Below, piece by piece: positions 1 to 9,529 of a stretch of DNA of 64,000 bases. The first letter of the stretch is position 1. Each line of letters opens with the position of its first letter. Below the pieces are notes generated by a model, which was not told where the DNA came from, did no database searches, and saw only the letters and a program-made list of their open reading frames with translations. The translations under genes and the position numbers were made by a program. This stretch comes from Bacteroidota bacterium (GTDB lineage: Bacteria; Bacteroidota; Ignavibacteria; UBA10030; SZUA-254), in the NCBI GenBank assembly GCA_035518715.1, contig DATIXJ010000027.1, positions 18,590 to 82,589 on the forward strand. The letters are read 5' to 3'.

Positions 1-507
1 TGCATCGACCAGGTACGCGGAATCCTGCGCACAGCTCGCCACGTCGATCCCGCCGACCCGGATGATTTTTACATCTTCTCGAATGATACGGTTATCGAGC
101 AATTCAACAGCTTCACACTCTACCTGCGGCTCGGCATCATGCTTGTCAGTGCCATCGCACTTCTCGCCGCGGGAGTCGGCATCATGAATATTATGCTGGT
201 TTCCGTAACGGAACGGACCCGTGAAATTGGTATACGGAAAGCCATTGGGGCGAAGAAGAAAAACGTCCTGTCCCAGTTCATTCTTGAAGCCGTCGTGCTG
301 AGCGAATTCGGGGGAGTGGCCGGGATTCTGGCCGGCGTCGGAAGCGGTAATCTGATTGCCCTCGTTCTTCAAGTGCCGCCCGTTATTCCATGGGACTGGG
401 TTGCAATCGGGTTCGCAATTTGCTCGATTATCGGGGTTGTCTTCGGTGTCTATCCTGCCTGGAAGGCCTCAAACCTCGATCCCATCGAATCCCTTCGATA
501 CGAATAA
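1..507 (+). CDS. ABC transporter permease, MacB/FtsX family, C-terminal part (5' end outside window)
   Basis: Frame 1 is open from base 1 into listed ORF 139..507. The FtsX-type C-terminal sequence VTERTREIGIRKAIGAKK and the ending LDPIESLRYE are present. Confidence 0.85.
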   Translation, partial: CIDQVRGILRTARHVDPADPDDFYIFSNDTVIEQFNSFTLYLRLGIMLVSAIALLAAGVGIMNIMLVSVTERTREIGIRKAIGAKKKNVLSQFILEAVVLSEFGGVAGILAGVGSGNLIALVLQVPPVIPWDWVAIGFAICSIIGVVFGVYPAWKASNLDPIESLRYE

Positions 508-531
508 AGTCGGATTTTTTTGAAAAAGGGC

Positions 532-559
532 TTGACTTTCCCCCGGATTCGTGTAAATT
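532..559 (+). promoter_or_regulatory. Possible sigma-70-type promoter (TTGACT-N16-TAAATT) for the 613..2010 gene
   Basis: Hexamers read directly at 532-537 and 554-559, about 55 nt upstream of the ATG. A GAGGTAGG Shine-Dalgarno sits at 601-608. Confidence 0.3.
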
Positions 560-612
560 TAAGTATCCACTAATTCCACCGTTTCATTCTGTTATCATTT
601 GAGGTAGGCTCC

Positions 613-2010
613 ATGAAGCGCTTCGCGACGCTCTCGCAGAGAGGCGTTTGTGCCTTTTGCATTATCCTCATGATCTGGGCGATCCCCGGTTTGATGACCG
701 CTCAGCCCCTCTATCGAACATTCATTCAGAACGATCTCGGTGTCAAGAAAACCCAGGCCGGAAAGATCCTCGGTGCGCGGGCGTCGTTCCGCTTTATCAA
801 TGTCACCGGAAGTTTCGCCGGTGTCCTGCATGTGAAATTCAACGCTCCTGTCATGTCGCTTGACAGCATACCCTCGATGACCGTTTCTCTCAATTCAACC
901 AAGAAAAATCTCGACATTAGCGGGATTTTCAATGATGGTGATACGGTCAAGGTAAGCGGTCTGTTCTCCAAAAAGAATGTCGACATTCGCGCGAAATGGG
1001 CATGGGGAGATGGAAGTCTTGTTCAGCCGGATGCTGAGCAGGCAGCGACCGCAACGCCGGTCGTTATTCAGCCCAACGGCGGGAATGTCCTCGATGTTCT
1101 CTACAAGAAGATCATTCCCAAACCTGCCGGCCTTGTTATCGGTATCGTCAACATGACGAAACAAAACGGCTGGGTAAGGTATAAGAGTGCAAATCCGAAG
1201 TTCTTTACTCATACCGGACTGGCGCGGTGCTTTGATCTCATCTCCTCGGGGCTTGGCGGTACACGGACGTTTAAAGGTCAGCTTATCAATCCCCAGGTTT
1301 CGAAACATGACAATCACCTTCTCGGCGAGGTACATGCCCTGAAGCTTGCGATTATTGCGAACGATGCAAGGATCACACTTCCCGATACGCCGGCGACGCG
1401 TCTCGGAGATCTTGTCTATAGTGATACGACCAATCCCGGTGATCCGGCCAATGGCAAAACCCTGCGCCAGATTACGACGCTTGCAGATTCCGCCCTGACG
1501 TTCTGCTCACTGTTCAGCGGTACGCCGGATTTCTATACGAAGCTGGATTCGAGTATCACGAGGATCAATGCCGCGTTCAGCGGTCCTTTCCACGCGATCG
1601 CATTCTCTCCTTTCCTTCTCGATGGAATTTCAGGGATTGATCCTTACCCGTTCATCCACGACAATCCGGTGCCGGTTCCTCCGGTCATGACATACAAGCC
1701 GGTTTCCGTGATCGATGATCCCGTTCAGTTTGCTCTTCAGCAGAATTATCCGAATCCGTTCAATCCCACAACGACCATCAGATTCTCGCTTCCCGCTACA
1801 AGTCTTGTGACGTTTACGGTTTATAATCTTTTAGGACAGGAAGTACAGACCGTCTACAGTGGCGAGCTGCTCGATGAAGGAGATCAGAGTGTGAGCTTTA
1901 ACGGCCTCAATCTTGCCTCGGGCGTGTATTTCTACCGGATCTCTGCGACCTCTGTTGATGAACCGACAAAAGTGTATACCGATATCAAAAAGATGCTCCT
2001 CGTCAAATAG
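613..2010 (+). CDS. Secreted protein of unknown function with T9SS (Por) C-terminal sorting domain
   Basis: N-terminal signal peptide (CAFCIILMIWAIPGLMTAQ). The C-terminal ~85 aa (QNYPNPFNPTTTIRFSLP...GVYFYRI) matches the type-A T9SS sorting domain pattern. Confidence 0.8.
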   Translation: MKRFATLSQRGVCAFCIILMIWAIPGLMTAQPLYRTFIQNDLGVKKTQAGKILGARASFRFINVTGSFAGVLHVKFNAPVMSLDSIPSMTVSLNSTKKNLDISGIFNDGDTVKVSGLFSKKNVDIRAKWAWGDGSLVQPDAEQAATATPVVIQPNGGNVLDVLYKKIIPKPAGLVIGIVNMTKQNGWVRYKSANPKFFTHTGLARCFDLISSGLGGTRTFKGQLINPQVSKHDNHLLGEVHALKLAIIANDARITLPDTPATRLGDLVYSDTTNPGDPANGKTLRQITTLADSALTFCSLFSGTPDFYTKLDSSITRINAAFSGPFHAIAFSPFLLDGISGIDPYPFIHDNPVPVPPVMTYKPVSVIDDPVQFALQQNYPNPFNPTTTIRFSLPATSLVTFTVYNLLGQEVQTVYSGELLDEGDQSVSFNGLNLASGVYFYRISATSVDEPTKVYTDIKKMLLVK

Positions 2011-2029
2011 ATCTCGGTGTGTCGAAAGA

Positions 2030-2066
2030 AAAACCCCGGACAGAATCTCTGCCCGGGGTTTTTTTA
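2030..2066. terminator. Bidirectional rho-independent terminator between convergent genes
   Basis: aaaaCCCCGGacagaatctctgCCCGGGGttttttt. A GC stem is flanked by an A-run and a T-run, between the stops at 2010 (+) and 2107 (-). Confidence 0.7.
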
Positions 2067-2106
2067 TGAACTGCCGGAGTGGTGATGACCTGATGGAGGA
2101 CTCCGC

Positions 2107-3816
2107 TCAGGCCTTCATCCTCATTCCTTTTTCCTCATAACTGAAGATCCATCCCGCAACCTTTCCCGGATCGATCGCATCAAAATTTTCCCAGTAGCGT
2201 TCCGTATTCATGTGCTGGGAACTCGTATCGTTTTCCGGGACGGCATCAGCCATTGCAATGATCTCTTTCAGGCGGCTCTTCCACAATTTCATGTTAGCAA
2301 CGCGGAGGTCGACCCATCCGTCATGTGCCCATGAATCGATGGATCTGGCCGTCACGGGAATTTCCCGCTCGCCGTGGAACGGAGGGATCTTGATCTCCCT
2401 GGAACGGAGCATGCTCTTTCCATCGGGGAGGAGTATCGGGATGCCGATCGAAATGATCTGCGCACGAAGCCGTGAATCGGACGCGATTTTTTGATGGAGT
2501 TTCCTGCTGAGTGCACCGGGTGCGGTTTTCACGACTGCCCGGACATTTTTGAAGCAGAGTTTGAGAAGATACGATTCGTAGAGGAGCTTGGATAGCCGCG
2601 GCGGCCCGAGCATCTCGAACGCCACGCTGTCAACGCCGTGCTTCCGCTCGAGCTCTTCGATCTGCTCCTTCGCATTGTGAAAAAGGTATCCTGCGCGATA
2701 CGTGGGGGCCAGAGTCGCGTTATCCAGTGCATTGATGATGTCGTGCCCTGTATTGCCGCCCTTGATTTCGTAAATGACATCTTCGGCAATCTCTTCGGGT
2801 GTGACAAATTCCATCTGCCCGGGTGTGGCGATTGCCTCGAATTCGCCCCGCGAAAAAAGTCCGTTTTCGCCCGTATCGATAAAAGCGGATTTGAGCGTCT
2901 TGTTGAGCGGCCTGCCGACATCTTCCATGGTCAGCTGCAGCCGATTACGCAACGGAACAGCCCGCGAAGGCGGGCAATCGAACAGGGAGATGGCCCTGCC
3001 GCGTTTCCGGATTTCTCCGAATGCTATCCGCTTCCAGGCAATCGCCGCGGTCGGCTTGATCTCTTTGGTGATCGGTGCACCCGGTGTACGTCCCATCAGG
3101 AAGAGGAGAAGCGTATGCGCGCCGGCGACCGAAGATTTGCTCAGCAGGACGCTTGAAGGGCGTTCTTCGCTGTGCGTGTACGGAATGTTGAGTCCCATTC
3201 CTCCGGTTCCGCTCGTTCCGATCTTCATGTAAATCTTCGTGCCGAAATCATTCATCGAGCGGTACAGCAGCTGAACATGTCGGATAAGCTGGGGTGTGTA
3301 GAGTGTACAGAGGAGCCGCTCTGTCGCTTCTCTGAGCGATGCGGTTCCCTGTCTTCCGGAAGAGTCCTTCATGTATCGGAGGACCCGCCGCGCACTGTTG
3401 AAGATGTCCTGATAGGCGATTGCCGTTGCGGAATTGATCCCGTCGATGATGATGTCCGGTTTCGTCTCTCGGAAAAGCTGGTAGATTGCCGACCGTTTCA
3501 GCACATCATCCGTAAGCTCGTCGAGCATATCGTCGATGAGCATGGCGCGGAGCTTTGGATTGTTCATGATATCCTCGCGCCCCATATCTTTCAGGGCGTG
3601 CCGGACAAAGATATTGCCCCACCATGCGCCGAAGAGCTTCTTCGGCATGTCGGGGAATTCCTTCCTCAGCATGGCAAGGGTGGCGTCGGTCTCCGACTTC
3701 AGCAGCGAGGTGATGATGATGCGCTTCGGCTTTTCAGGAATGAGCTTCCGGCAGATTGCGGAGCCGACGAGTCCGCTTCCGCCCAAAACGAGTACAGTTC
3801 TGTTCGTGATATCCAT
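2107..3816 (-). CDS. Large NAD(P)-binding Rossmann-fold protein, function unknown
   Basis: 569-aa ORF. The N-terminal VLVLGGSGLVGSAI glycine-rich dinucleotide-binding motif is present. I do not recognise the remaining ~500 aa. Confidence 0.7.
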   Translation of the reverse strand: MDITNRTVLVLGGSGLVGSAICRKLIPEKPKRIIITSLLKSETDATLAMLRKEFPDMPKKLFGAWWGNIFVRHALKDMGREDIMNNPKLRAMLIDDMLDELTDDVLKRSAIYQLFRETKPDIIIDGINSATAIAYQDIFNSARRVLRYMKDSSGRQGTASLREATERLLCTLYTPQLIRHVQLLYRSMNDFGTKIYMKIGTSGTGGMGLNIPYTHSEERPSSVLLSKSSVAGAHTLLLFLMGRTPGAPITKEIKPTAAIAWKRIAFGEIRKRGRAISLFDCPPSRAVPLRNRLQLTMEDVGRPLNKTLKSAFIDTGENGLFSRGEFEAIATPGQMEFVTPEEIAEDVIYEIKGGNTGHDIINALDNATLAPTYRAGYLFHNAKEQIEELERKHGVDSVAFEMLGPPRLSKLLYESYLLKLCFKNVRAVVKTAPGALSRKLHQKIASDSRLRAQIISIGIPILLPDGKSMLRSREIKIPPFHGEREIPVTARSIDSWAHDGWVDLRVANMKLWKSRLKEIIAMADAVPENDTSSQHMNTERYWENFDAIDPGKVAGWIFSYEEKGMRMKA

Positions 3817-3835
3817 AGGTCAGTGAGGATGTTCT

Positions 3836-3875
3836 CGAAATAAAAAACGGCACGCACAGGGTTCGTGGCGCCGTT
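3836..3875 (-). terminator. Rho-independent terminator downstream of the ybjQ-like gene
   Basis: On the minus strand: AACGGCGCCACgaaccctGTGCGTGCCGTTTTTTATTTCG. This is an imperfect GC stem followed by a T-run. Confidence 0.5.
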
Positions 3876-3908
3876 CCGTTCATTAAGGCGATGTCACGTG
3901 CTGTGCCA

Positions 3909-4244
3909 TCACACTTTTTCTACTACAACTGCCGTGCCGTAGGCGAGAACCTCGGTCACGCCGGTAGCAACTTCGTTCGCATCATACCGCATGCCGATCA
4001 CTGCATTGGCGCCCATGTACTGGGCATGCTGCATCATGATCTCATACGCTTCCTGCCGGGCTTTTTCACAGAGCTCCTGATAGAGCGAGATGTTCCCGCC
4101 GAACAATGTCTGGATGCCGGCACCGATATTGCCGATCAGGGAACGTGACCGGACCGTAATGCCGCGCACGAGCCCAAGCTGCTTCGTCACGCGGTAACCG
4201 TCCAGCGTGAATGCGGTCGTTACCAGTGCATGATCCATATTCAA
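3909..4244 (-). CDS. ybjQ: YbjQ/UPF0145 family protein (putative heavy-metal-binding domain)
   Basis: 111 aa. VTTAFTLDGYRV...GIVRG...GGNI...A...M...A..MGANAVIGMRYD is the typical UPF0145 pattern. Confidence 0.8.
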   Translation of the reverse strand: MNMDHALVTTAFTLDGYRVTKQLGLVRGITVRSRSLIGNIGAGIQTLFGGNISLYQELCEKARQEAYEIMMQHAQYMGANAVIGMRYDANEVATGVTEVLAYGTAVVVEKV

Positions 4245-4248
4245 CTCC

Positions 4249-5256
4249 TTACTTAAGTTTAATGGAATTCACACATTTTTCAAACGGTGTGAAGTAAACA
4301 TCTTTCTGCGGTGCAAAATAATTGACGGTTATGCGGATCACCTTGTCGTTCTTCACGACAAAATATGCGCGGCTGTTGATATCTTTCATGGGTGAATAAT
4401 CCACCCAGATCGATTTGACGCCGTCGATCGTGCCGTTGCCGGTGGCTTTGGATTTATACCGCCCCTTGTTCTGATCCCACACTTTTTCAACCGTCAATTT
4501 TTTCGCATCGAACACATCGATATGGATGCTGCAGTCGCGTCGGTCTGGCGCCCGCATTTCCATTGCGAAATCATTGCTTCCCTTCGGGACCTGGGCGATT
4601 TCCAGGTTGTCTGGATACTGCATGGTGAAGAATGTTCCGCCAGGATACGTTTCCAGTGTAGCCGAGGGCTGCCAGTATTCAGGTTTTTTCAACTCAATCA
4701 CCGGCGGGAGGAAGGAGTTCTTCATTGTGTCGAATACCGCGGCATGCGCAGCATACTGGTCGCCGTATCCTTCAAAGTCCAGCTTGTAGATTGCCGTGTC
4801 CCCGCCAACGTAATAGGTGTGGCCGAAAATGCTCGACTTCGTCGTGACCTTGAGCGAATAGGTGAACATCTCGGTGGTCTTGCCGGCCAGCTGAACTGTC
4901 CCGCTCTGCATGCCTTCTCCCTCAAGATTGTAGTTCGCCTGCTTCATGTCGCTCTTGTCCTGCTGGACGTAATCGTCGAGTTTCTTTCCGGCGTACGGAA
5001 TCACCTCGACAGACACCTGAGCACCGGGTTCACCGGAAGTTGGATCGAGGAACTTATTGAGGACCTCCTGTGATTTTGCGAATACCGCCTTTCCCGCCGT
5101 GCCAAGCTGCTTCCAGTCTTTCGGATACTGGATCTTGAATCCGAATGCCGGATCGCGGTACGAGTTCATTTCCCCTACAGGCACCGGCTCGATTTTCTTC
5201 TCGCAGCCGATCACCAAGAACGCAAGGAGGACGCCGAACTTCAAAAACGTTTTCAT
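4249..5256 (-). CDS. Lipoprotein with two PsbP/DcrB(DUF1795)-like repeats, function unknown
   Basis: The internal start MKTFLKFGVLLAFLVIGC gives a signal peptide plus lipobox. The longer listed ORF would overlap the upstream gene. Both halves begin with a similar (F)xxQYPxxW/L segment. Confidence 0.65.
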   Translation of the reverse strand: MKTFLKFGVLLAFLVIGCEKKIEPVPVGEMNSYRDPAFGFKIQYPKDWKQLGTAGKAVFAKSQEVLNKFLDPTSGEPGAQVSVEVIPYAGKKLDDYVQQDKSDMKQANYNLEGEGMQSGTVQLAGKTTEMFTYSLKVTTKSSIFGHTYYVGGDTAIYKLDFEGYGDQYAAHAAVFDTMKNSFLPPVIELKKPEYWQPSATLETYPGGTFFTMQYPDNLEIAQVPKGSNDFAMEMRAPDRRDCSIHIDVFDAKKLTVEKVWDQNKGRYKSKATGNGTIDGVKSIWVDYSPMKDINSRAYFVVKNDKVIRITVNYFAPQKDVYFTPFEKCVNSIKLK

Positions 5257-5284
5257 AAAAAGTCTCCAGGAATGATTTGATGAT

Positions 5285-6790
5285 TTATGGGGTTGGCGGT
5301 ACGATCGTATTGTACCACGGTTTTTTTTCGCGCGCAGCCAGCTCGTCAATGTGCAGGTGCTTCAGTTCCATGTACTCGTGCAATCCCTCCACGCCAAATT
5401 CTCGTCCGATCCCGCTCTGCTTGTAGCCGCCGAAGGGCGCCCGTTCCGAGATGAGATGCCATTCATTGATCCAGACTGTTCCCGCGCGCAGCTGCCTGGC
5501 AACATCCATCGCCTTGTTCCCGTCAAGCGACCAGATGCCCGCGGCAAGACCGTACATCGAATCGTTTGCCTGCTCGATCGCATCCTGCACGGATTCGTAT
5601 CGGATCACCGAAAGGACCGGCCCGAAGATCTCTTCCTGCGCAATCGTCATCCCGTTCTTCACGTTGGTGAAGATCGTCGGCTCAATGAAATTCCCGTTGC
5701 GCAGCTGCTCGGTCGACGGGATGCTTCCGCCGGCGACAATGCGGGCGCCTTCCTGCTTTCCCTTCTGAATATACGAAAATACACGGTCCTGCTGTTTCTT
5801 AGAAATGAGCGGACCGATTACCGTATCCCCGGATTTCGGATCCCCTAACTTCATCGCTTTGGTTTTAGCTATTAATTCTTCAACGAAGGTGTCGTGAAGC
5901 GATGAGGGGAGGAATAACCTTGATGCTGCCTCACAGCACTGACCCTGATGATAAAAAATCCCGTAGAGCGTTCCATCAACCGCCAGCCGGGGATCGGCGT
6001 CTTCCAAAACAATATTCGCGGATTTTCCTCCACACTCCAGCGTGCAGTTCTTGAGGGTGCCGGCGGCAAGCTCCATGACCCTCCGTCCGATGGCGGTCGA
6101 TCCGGTAAATGAGACCTTATCCACATGCGGATGCCGGGCAAGGGTCTCACCGACTTCGGGACCGAACCCGGGAAGAATATTCACCGTTCCGGGAGGAAAT
6201 CCTGCATCATGGAAAATTCTGGCAAGCTCCAGAGCGGTGACGGGTGTAAGCTCGGACGGCTTCAACACTACCGTATTCCCCGCTGCAAGCGCGGGTCCCA
6301 ATTTCCAGATCGCCATCTTGAGCGGAAAATTCCACGGAATGATCGCTGATACCACCCCGACCGGTTCGTGAACAAGAAGGTTCCGGCTGAATCCCGGCTT
6401 GGAGAGTGCATCGAGAGGAGCGACCGGATCAAGTGCGGCAAGCTTGGAGAAATAGCTCATTGCGCGCGCACTCAGGTAGACATCATCCTTTACCTTCCTC
6501 ATTGTCGATCCGGAATCTTCGATTTCCCATTGCTCGAAATCTGACTTTCGTTCGTTGAGCTTGTCGGAAACCGATTTGAGGAGTGCCGCGCGCTCATCGC
6601 GGCTCATTCGGGGCCACGGTCCCTTGTCGAAGGCAGCCCTCGCGGCCGCAATCGCCTTTTCTCCGTCCTGGGCATTTGCCCGTGCGACATGAGCGATGAC
6701 TTCCTGATTGTACGGGTTCGCTGTTTCGAATGTCTTTCCCGAAACCGAGGGGACAAACTCTCCATTAATATAGAGTGAGTACTCACGCAT
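5285..6790 (-). CDS. NAD(P)-dependent aldehyde dehydrogenase family protein
   Basis: ALDH motifs are present: VLKPSELTP, ECGGKSANIV and the catalytic-Cys region FYHQGQCCEAASR. The start is taken at MREYSLYINGEFV. Confidence 0.9.
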   Translation of the reverse strand: MREYSLYINGEFVPSVSGKTFETANPYNQEVIAHVARANAQDGEKAIAAARAAFDKGPWPRMSRDERAALLKSVSDKLNERKSDFEQWEIEDSGSTMRKVKDDVYLSARAMSYFSKLAALDPVAPLDALSKPGFSRNLLVHEPVGVVSAIIPWNFPLKMAIWKLGPALAAGNTVVLKPSELTPVTALELARIFHDAGFPPGTVNILPGFGPEVGETLARHPHVDKVSFTGSTAIGRRVMELAAGTLKNCTLECGGKSANIVLEDADPRLAVDGTLYGIFYHQGQCCEAASRLFLPSSLHDTFVEELIAKTKAMKLGDPKSGDTVIGPLISKKQQDRVFSYIQKGKQEGARIVAGGSIPSTEQLRNGNFIEPTIFTNVKNGMTIAQEEIFGPVLSVIRYESVQDAIEQANDSMYGLAAGIWSLDGNKAMDVARQLRAGTVWINEWHLISERAPFGGYKQSGIGREFGVEGLHEYMELKHLHIDELAAREKKPWYNTIVPPTP

Positions 6791-6795
6791 GAAGC

Positions 6796-7275
6796 TTATT
6801 GCCCGCCAATCCTTCCATATACCGTGAGTGCCAGAATGACTGCAATCAGAACCCACATCACCGCATACGAAAGTCCGATCTGACGGTCGAATCCTTTCAA
6901 CTGATCCTGCGCGTTTGCCGGGGCCTGATTACCCGCCATCTGCTGAACGAGCTTTCCGCGTTTCGAGGATTGTATCCCGAAGAGCACGCCGCTGATTACG
7001 GCAATCGCGAAGAAAATGATTTTGGCTGTCAGCCATCCTACATCAAGAACACCGAGCCCGAGCTCGTGCATGTTTCCGATACCGGTGATGAGCATGATGA
7101 CGACTGCGATGGGGCTCAGAATGCCGATGGGGCGCATCGCACGAAGGAGTGTCGCTTTCCCCTGGAGATCCTGTGCCTTCTTGTACTGCGAGTTGAGGAT
7201 AAATCCCGCCAGGTTGACGGTCATGAGCATGCCAAACCCGATGAGATGAATCCAGAGAATGAGAAAACGTTCCAC
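6796..7275 (-). CDS. Small integral membrane protein (4 predicted TM helices), unknown function
   Basis: 159-aa hydrophobic ORF, tightly packed upstream of the ALDH gene. Confidence 0.6.
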   Translation of the reverse strand: MERFLILWIHLIGFGMLMTVNLAGFILNSQYKKAQDLQGKATLLRAMRPIGILSPIAVVIMLITGIGNMHELGLGVLDVGWLTAKIIFFAIAVISGVLFGIQSSKRGKLVQQMAGNQAPANAQDQLKGFDRQIGLSYAVMWVLIAVILALTVYGRIGGQ

Positions 7276-7440
7276 GCGAATAACCTTTCCGCGAATTGAT
7301 GAGAGAGCTTGTCCTGACGTGCCCCTCTGGGCAAGGGGGTGAAAATGTGGTCAGTAAGATACAAAATGTTTCCGTGAGTCTCAAACCTGATCAGGGTAAA
7401 ATGTTTGTGAATCCATACCGATTTTCCTATATTATCGTGA

Positions 7441-8259
7441 ATGAGTTCGGCATCCTCTCAACAAAAACCGATCGGTGTCTTCGACTCCGGCATCGGCGGA
7501 CTGACGGTCGTGCGTGCCCTCATGCGCCGGCTTCCCCACGAGAATATTGTCTACTTCGGCGACACCGCGCGCGTTCCCTACGGCCCGAAATCCGCGCAGA
7601 CAGTTCGCGAATACGCCGCACAGGATACCGACTTTCTCACCTCACACGATGTGAAGATGATCGTCATCGCGTGCAACACGGTTTCCTCCGTTGCACTCGA
7701 TATCGTGCAGAAACACTCGAAGGTTCCGGTCATCGGCGTGATACTCCCCGGAGCACAGGCGGCGGTTGCCGCGACAGAGAAGAAACGCATCGGCGTGATC
7801 GGAACCGTCGGAACGATCGCCAGCAACGCGTATGCGAACGCGATCCGGCAGATCGATGCGTCTGCAACCGTCATCAGCCAGGCATGCCCGCTCTTTGTGC
7901 CTCTCGCGGAAGAAGGATGGACCGATCACAAAGCCACGGATCTCGTCGCCCGCGAATATCTCTTTCCCCTCAAGCTCCAGAAAATTGATACCCTCGTCCT
8001 TGGATGTACGCATTATCCGATTCTGGAAGAAGTGATCGGACGTGTATTCGAAAACGGGGTGAAGCTGATCGATTCAGGACTCGCAACAGCCGTGGAAGTT
8101 GAGGCACTCCTTGGCGAACGTGATCTGCGGAATCCCAGCACTCAAAAAGCAAATTTGCAATTTTTCGTCAGCGATATTCCCCACAAATTTACCGAAGTCG
8201 GCGAACGCTTCCTCGGCCAGAAACTCGGAAGGGTGCGAAAAGCGGAAGGGTTTTTCTAA
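7441..8259 (+). CDS. murI: Glutamate racemase
   Basis: IGVFDSGIGGLTV, VYFGDTARVPYG, IACNT and GCTHYP motifs are present. Confidence 0.95.
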   Translation: MSSASSQQKPIGVFDSGIGGLTVVRALMRRLPHENIVYFGDTARVPYGPKSAQTVREYAAQDTDFLTSHDVKMIVIACNTVSSVALDIVQKHSKVPVIGVILPGAQAAVAATEKKRIGVIGTVGTIASNAYANAIRQIDASATVISQACPLFVPLAEEGWTDHKATDLVAREYLFPLKLQKIDTLVLGCTHYPILEEVIGRVFENGVKLIDSGLATAVEVEALLGERDLRNPSTQKANLQFFVSDIPHKFTEVGERFLGQKLGRVRKAEGFF

Positions 8260-8296
8260 CTCATCACACTATCCATTCACCATCAGCGGAGTGGTT

Positions 8297-8986
8297 ATGC
8301 AATCAGCAGAATCGTTCTTACAGGAGCTCGACAACCGTATCGCACGCAACCGGATGCTCGATCATCCCCTGTATCAAACCTGGAACTCCGGCAAACTCAG
8401 CCGTGAAGCGCTTCGCGAATATGCGAAACAGTATTACCGGTTCGTGCACGTCTTCCCGACACTTCTCAGCGCCACACACGCCAATACTCCGCATCTGCCC
8501 GTTCGACAGGAGCTGTTGGAAAATCTCCTCGAAGAGGAGCGCGGCGAAGGTAATCATCCTGCACTCTGGATGAAGTTTGTGGAATCTCTCGGTGTGACGA
8601 ACGAAGAAGCCCGTACCGCCTCATCACTCCCGGAAACAGAAGAAGCAATCGGCGAGCTTCGTTCGGTGACACGTGACGGATCGTATCTGGAGGGTGTTTC
8701 GGCTCTCTACGCGTATGAATCCCAGATCCCGCAGGCTGCGAAAGTGAAGATTGAGGGCTTGAAGAAATTCTATGGAATAACGGATGCGGAATCGCTTTCA
8801 TTCTTTACGGTACATGAAGAAGCCGATGTCTATCATTCTGGCGACGAGAGGAAAATACTTGCCGAATACGCCGTAACCCAAAAGGAACGTAAGGATGTGT
8901 TGAATGCGGCCGACCGTTCGGCGAAGGCAATGCTCCGGCTGCTCGATGGTGTCTACCGTGCATATGTTCAACCATCGATGAGCTGA
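8297..8986 (+). CDS. Heme-oxygenase-like di-iron protein of the PqqC/TenA/CADD family
   Basis: The internal ATG at 8297 starts MQSAESFLQELDNRI. HPLYQTWNSGKLSREALREYAKQYYRFV and EEADVYHSG resemble CADD/PqqC-type proteins. Confidence 0.65.
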   Translation: MQSAESFLQELDNRIARNRMLDHPLYQTWNSGKLSREALREYAKQYYRFVHVFPTLLSATHANTPHLPVRQELLENLLEEERGEGNHPALWMKFVESLGVTNEEARTASSLPETEEAIGELRSVTRDGSYLEGVSALYAYESQIPQAAKVKIEGLKKFYGITDAESLSFFTVHEEADVYHSGDERKILAEYAVTQKERKDVLNAADRSAKAMLRLLDGVYRAYVQPSMS

Positions 8987-8989
8987 TTC

Positions 8990-9517
8990 ATGGCTGTGCG
9001 GGAAATACTCCTTCTCGGAAACCCGCGCCTGCGCGAGCCCTCCAAGCCGGTCGGCAATTTTCCCGATGCCGATGTTCGTTCGACAGTTTCCGATTTGAAG
9101 GAAACGCTCGCCGACTTTCGTCAACGGAATGGATTCGGGAGAGGAATTGCCGCGCCGCAGATCGGGAGTAGGCTTCGCATCATAGTTATTCAGGTCGATA
9201 AGCCGCTGCCATTGATCAACCCGCAGATTGTGCGCCGCTCCCGGCAGATGATGACGTTGTGGGATGACTGCTTCTCCTTTCCCGATATCATGGTGAAAGT
9301 TAAGCGCAACATTTCGGTTGACGTCAAGTATCGGGATGAAAAAGGAAAAGAATGCATGATGAACGCCGAAGGCGGGATATCGGAATTGCTCCAGCACGAG
9401 ATCGATCATCTCGACGGTATTCTGGCAATTGACCGCGCTCTCGATTCCAGACACATCATCCTGCGAAGCGAGTGGAAGAAGCTGGCGGAACATGAATCAG
9501 CGGTCCGATCACTATAA
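8990..9517 (+). CDS. def: Peptide deformylase
   Basis: GIAAPQIG, a C-containing EGC-like segment (DDCFSFP) and the HEIDHLDG metal motif are present. Confidence 0.9.
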   Translation: MAVREILLLGNPRLREPSKPVGNFPDADVRSTVSDLKETLADFRQRNGFGRGIAAPQIGSRLRIIVIQVDKPLPLINPQIVRRSRQMMTLWDDCFSFPDIMVKVKRNISVDVKYRDEKGKECMMNAEGGISELLQHEIDHLDGILAIDRALDSRHIILRSEWKKLAEHESAVRSL

Positions 9518-9529
9518 CAAGGAGCATGT

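Noticed and set aside
8099-8296. Upstream extensions of listed ORFs. This is one example. Others are 10326-10421, 11368-11484, 19001-19189, 42009-42110, 5257-5349, 6791-6856, 52251-52331 and 56045-56107.
   Set aside because: The extensions overlap the preceding gene or precede an obvious signal peptide or conserved N-terminus. Internal starts give canonical N-termini and tight but non-conflicting spacing.
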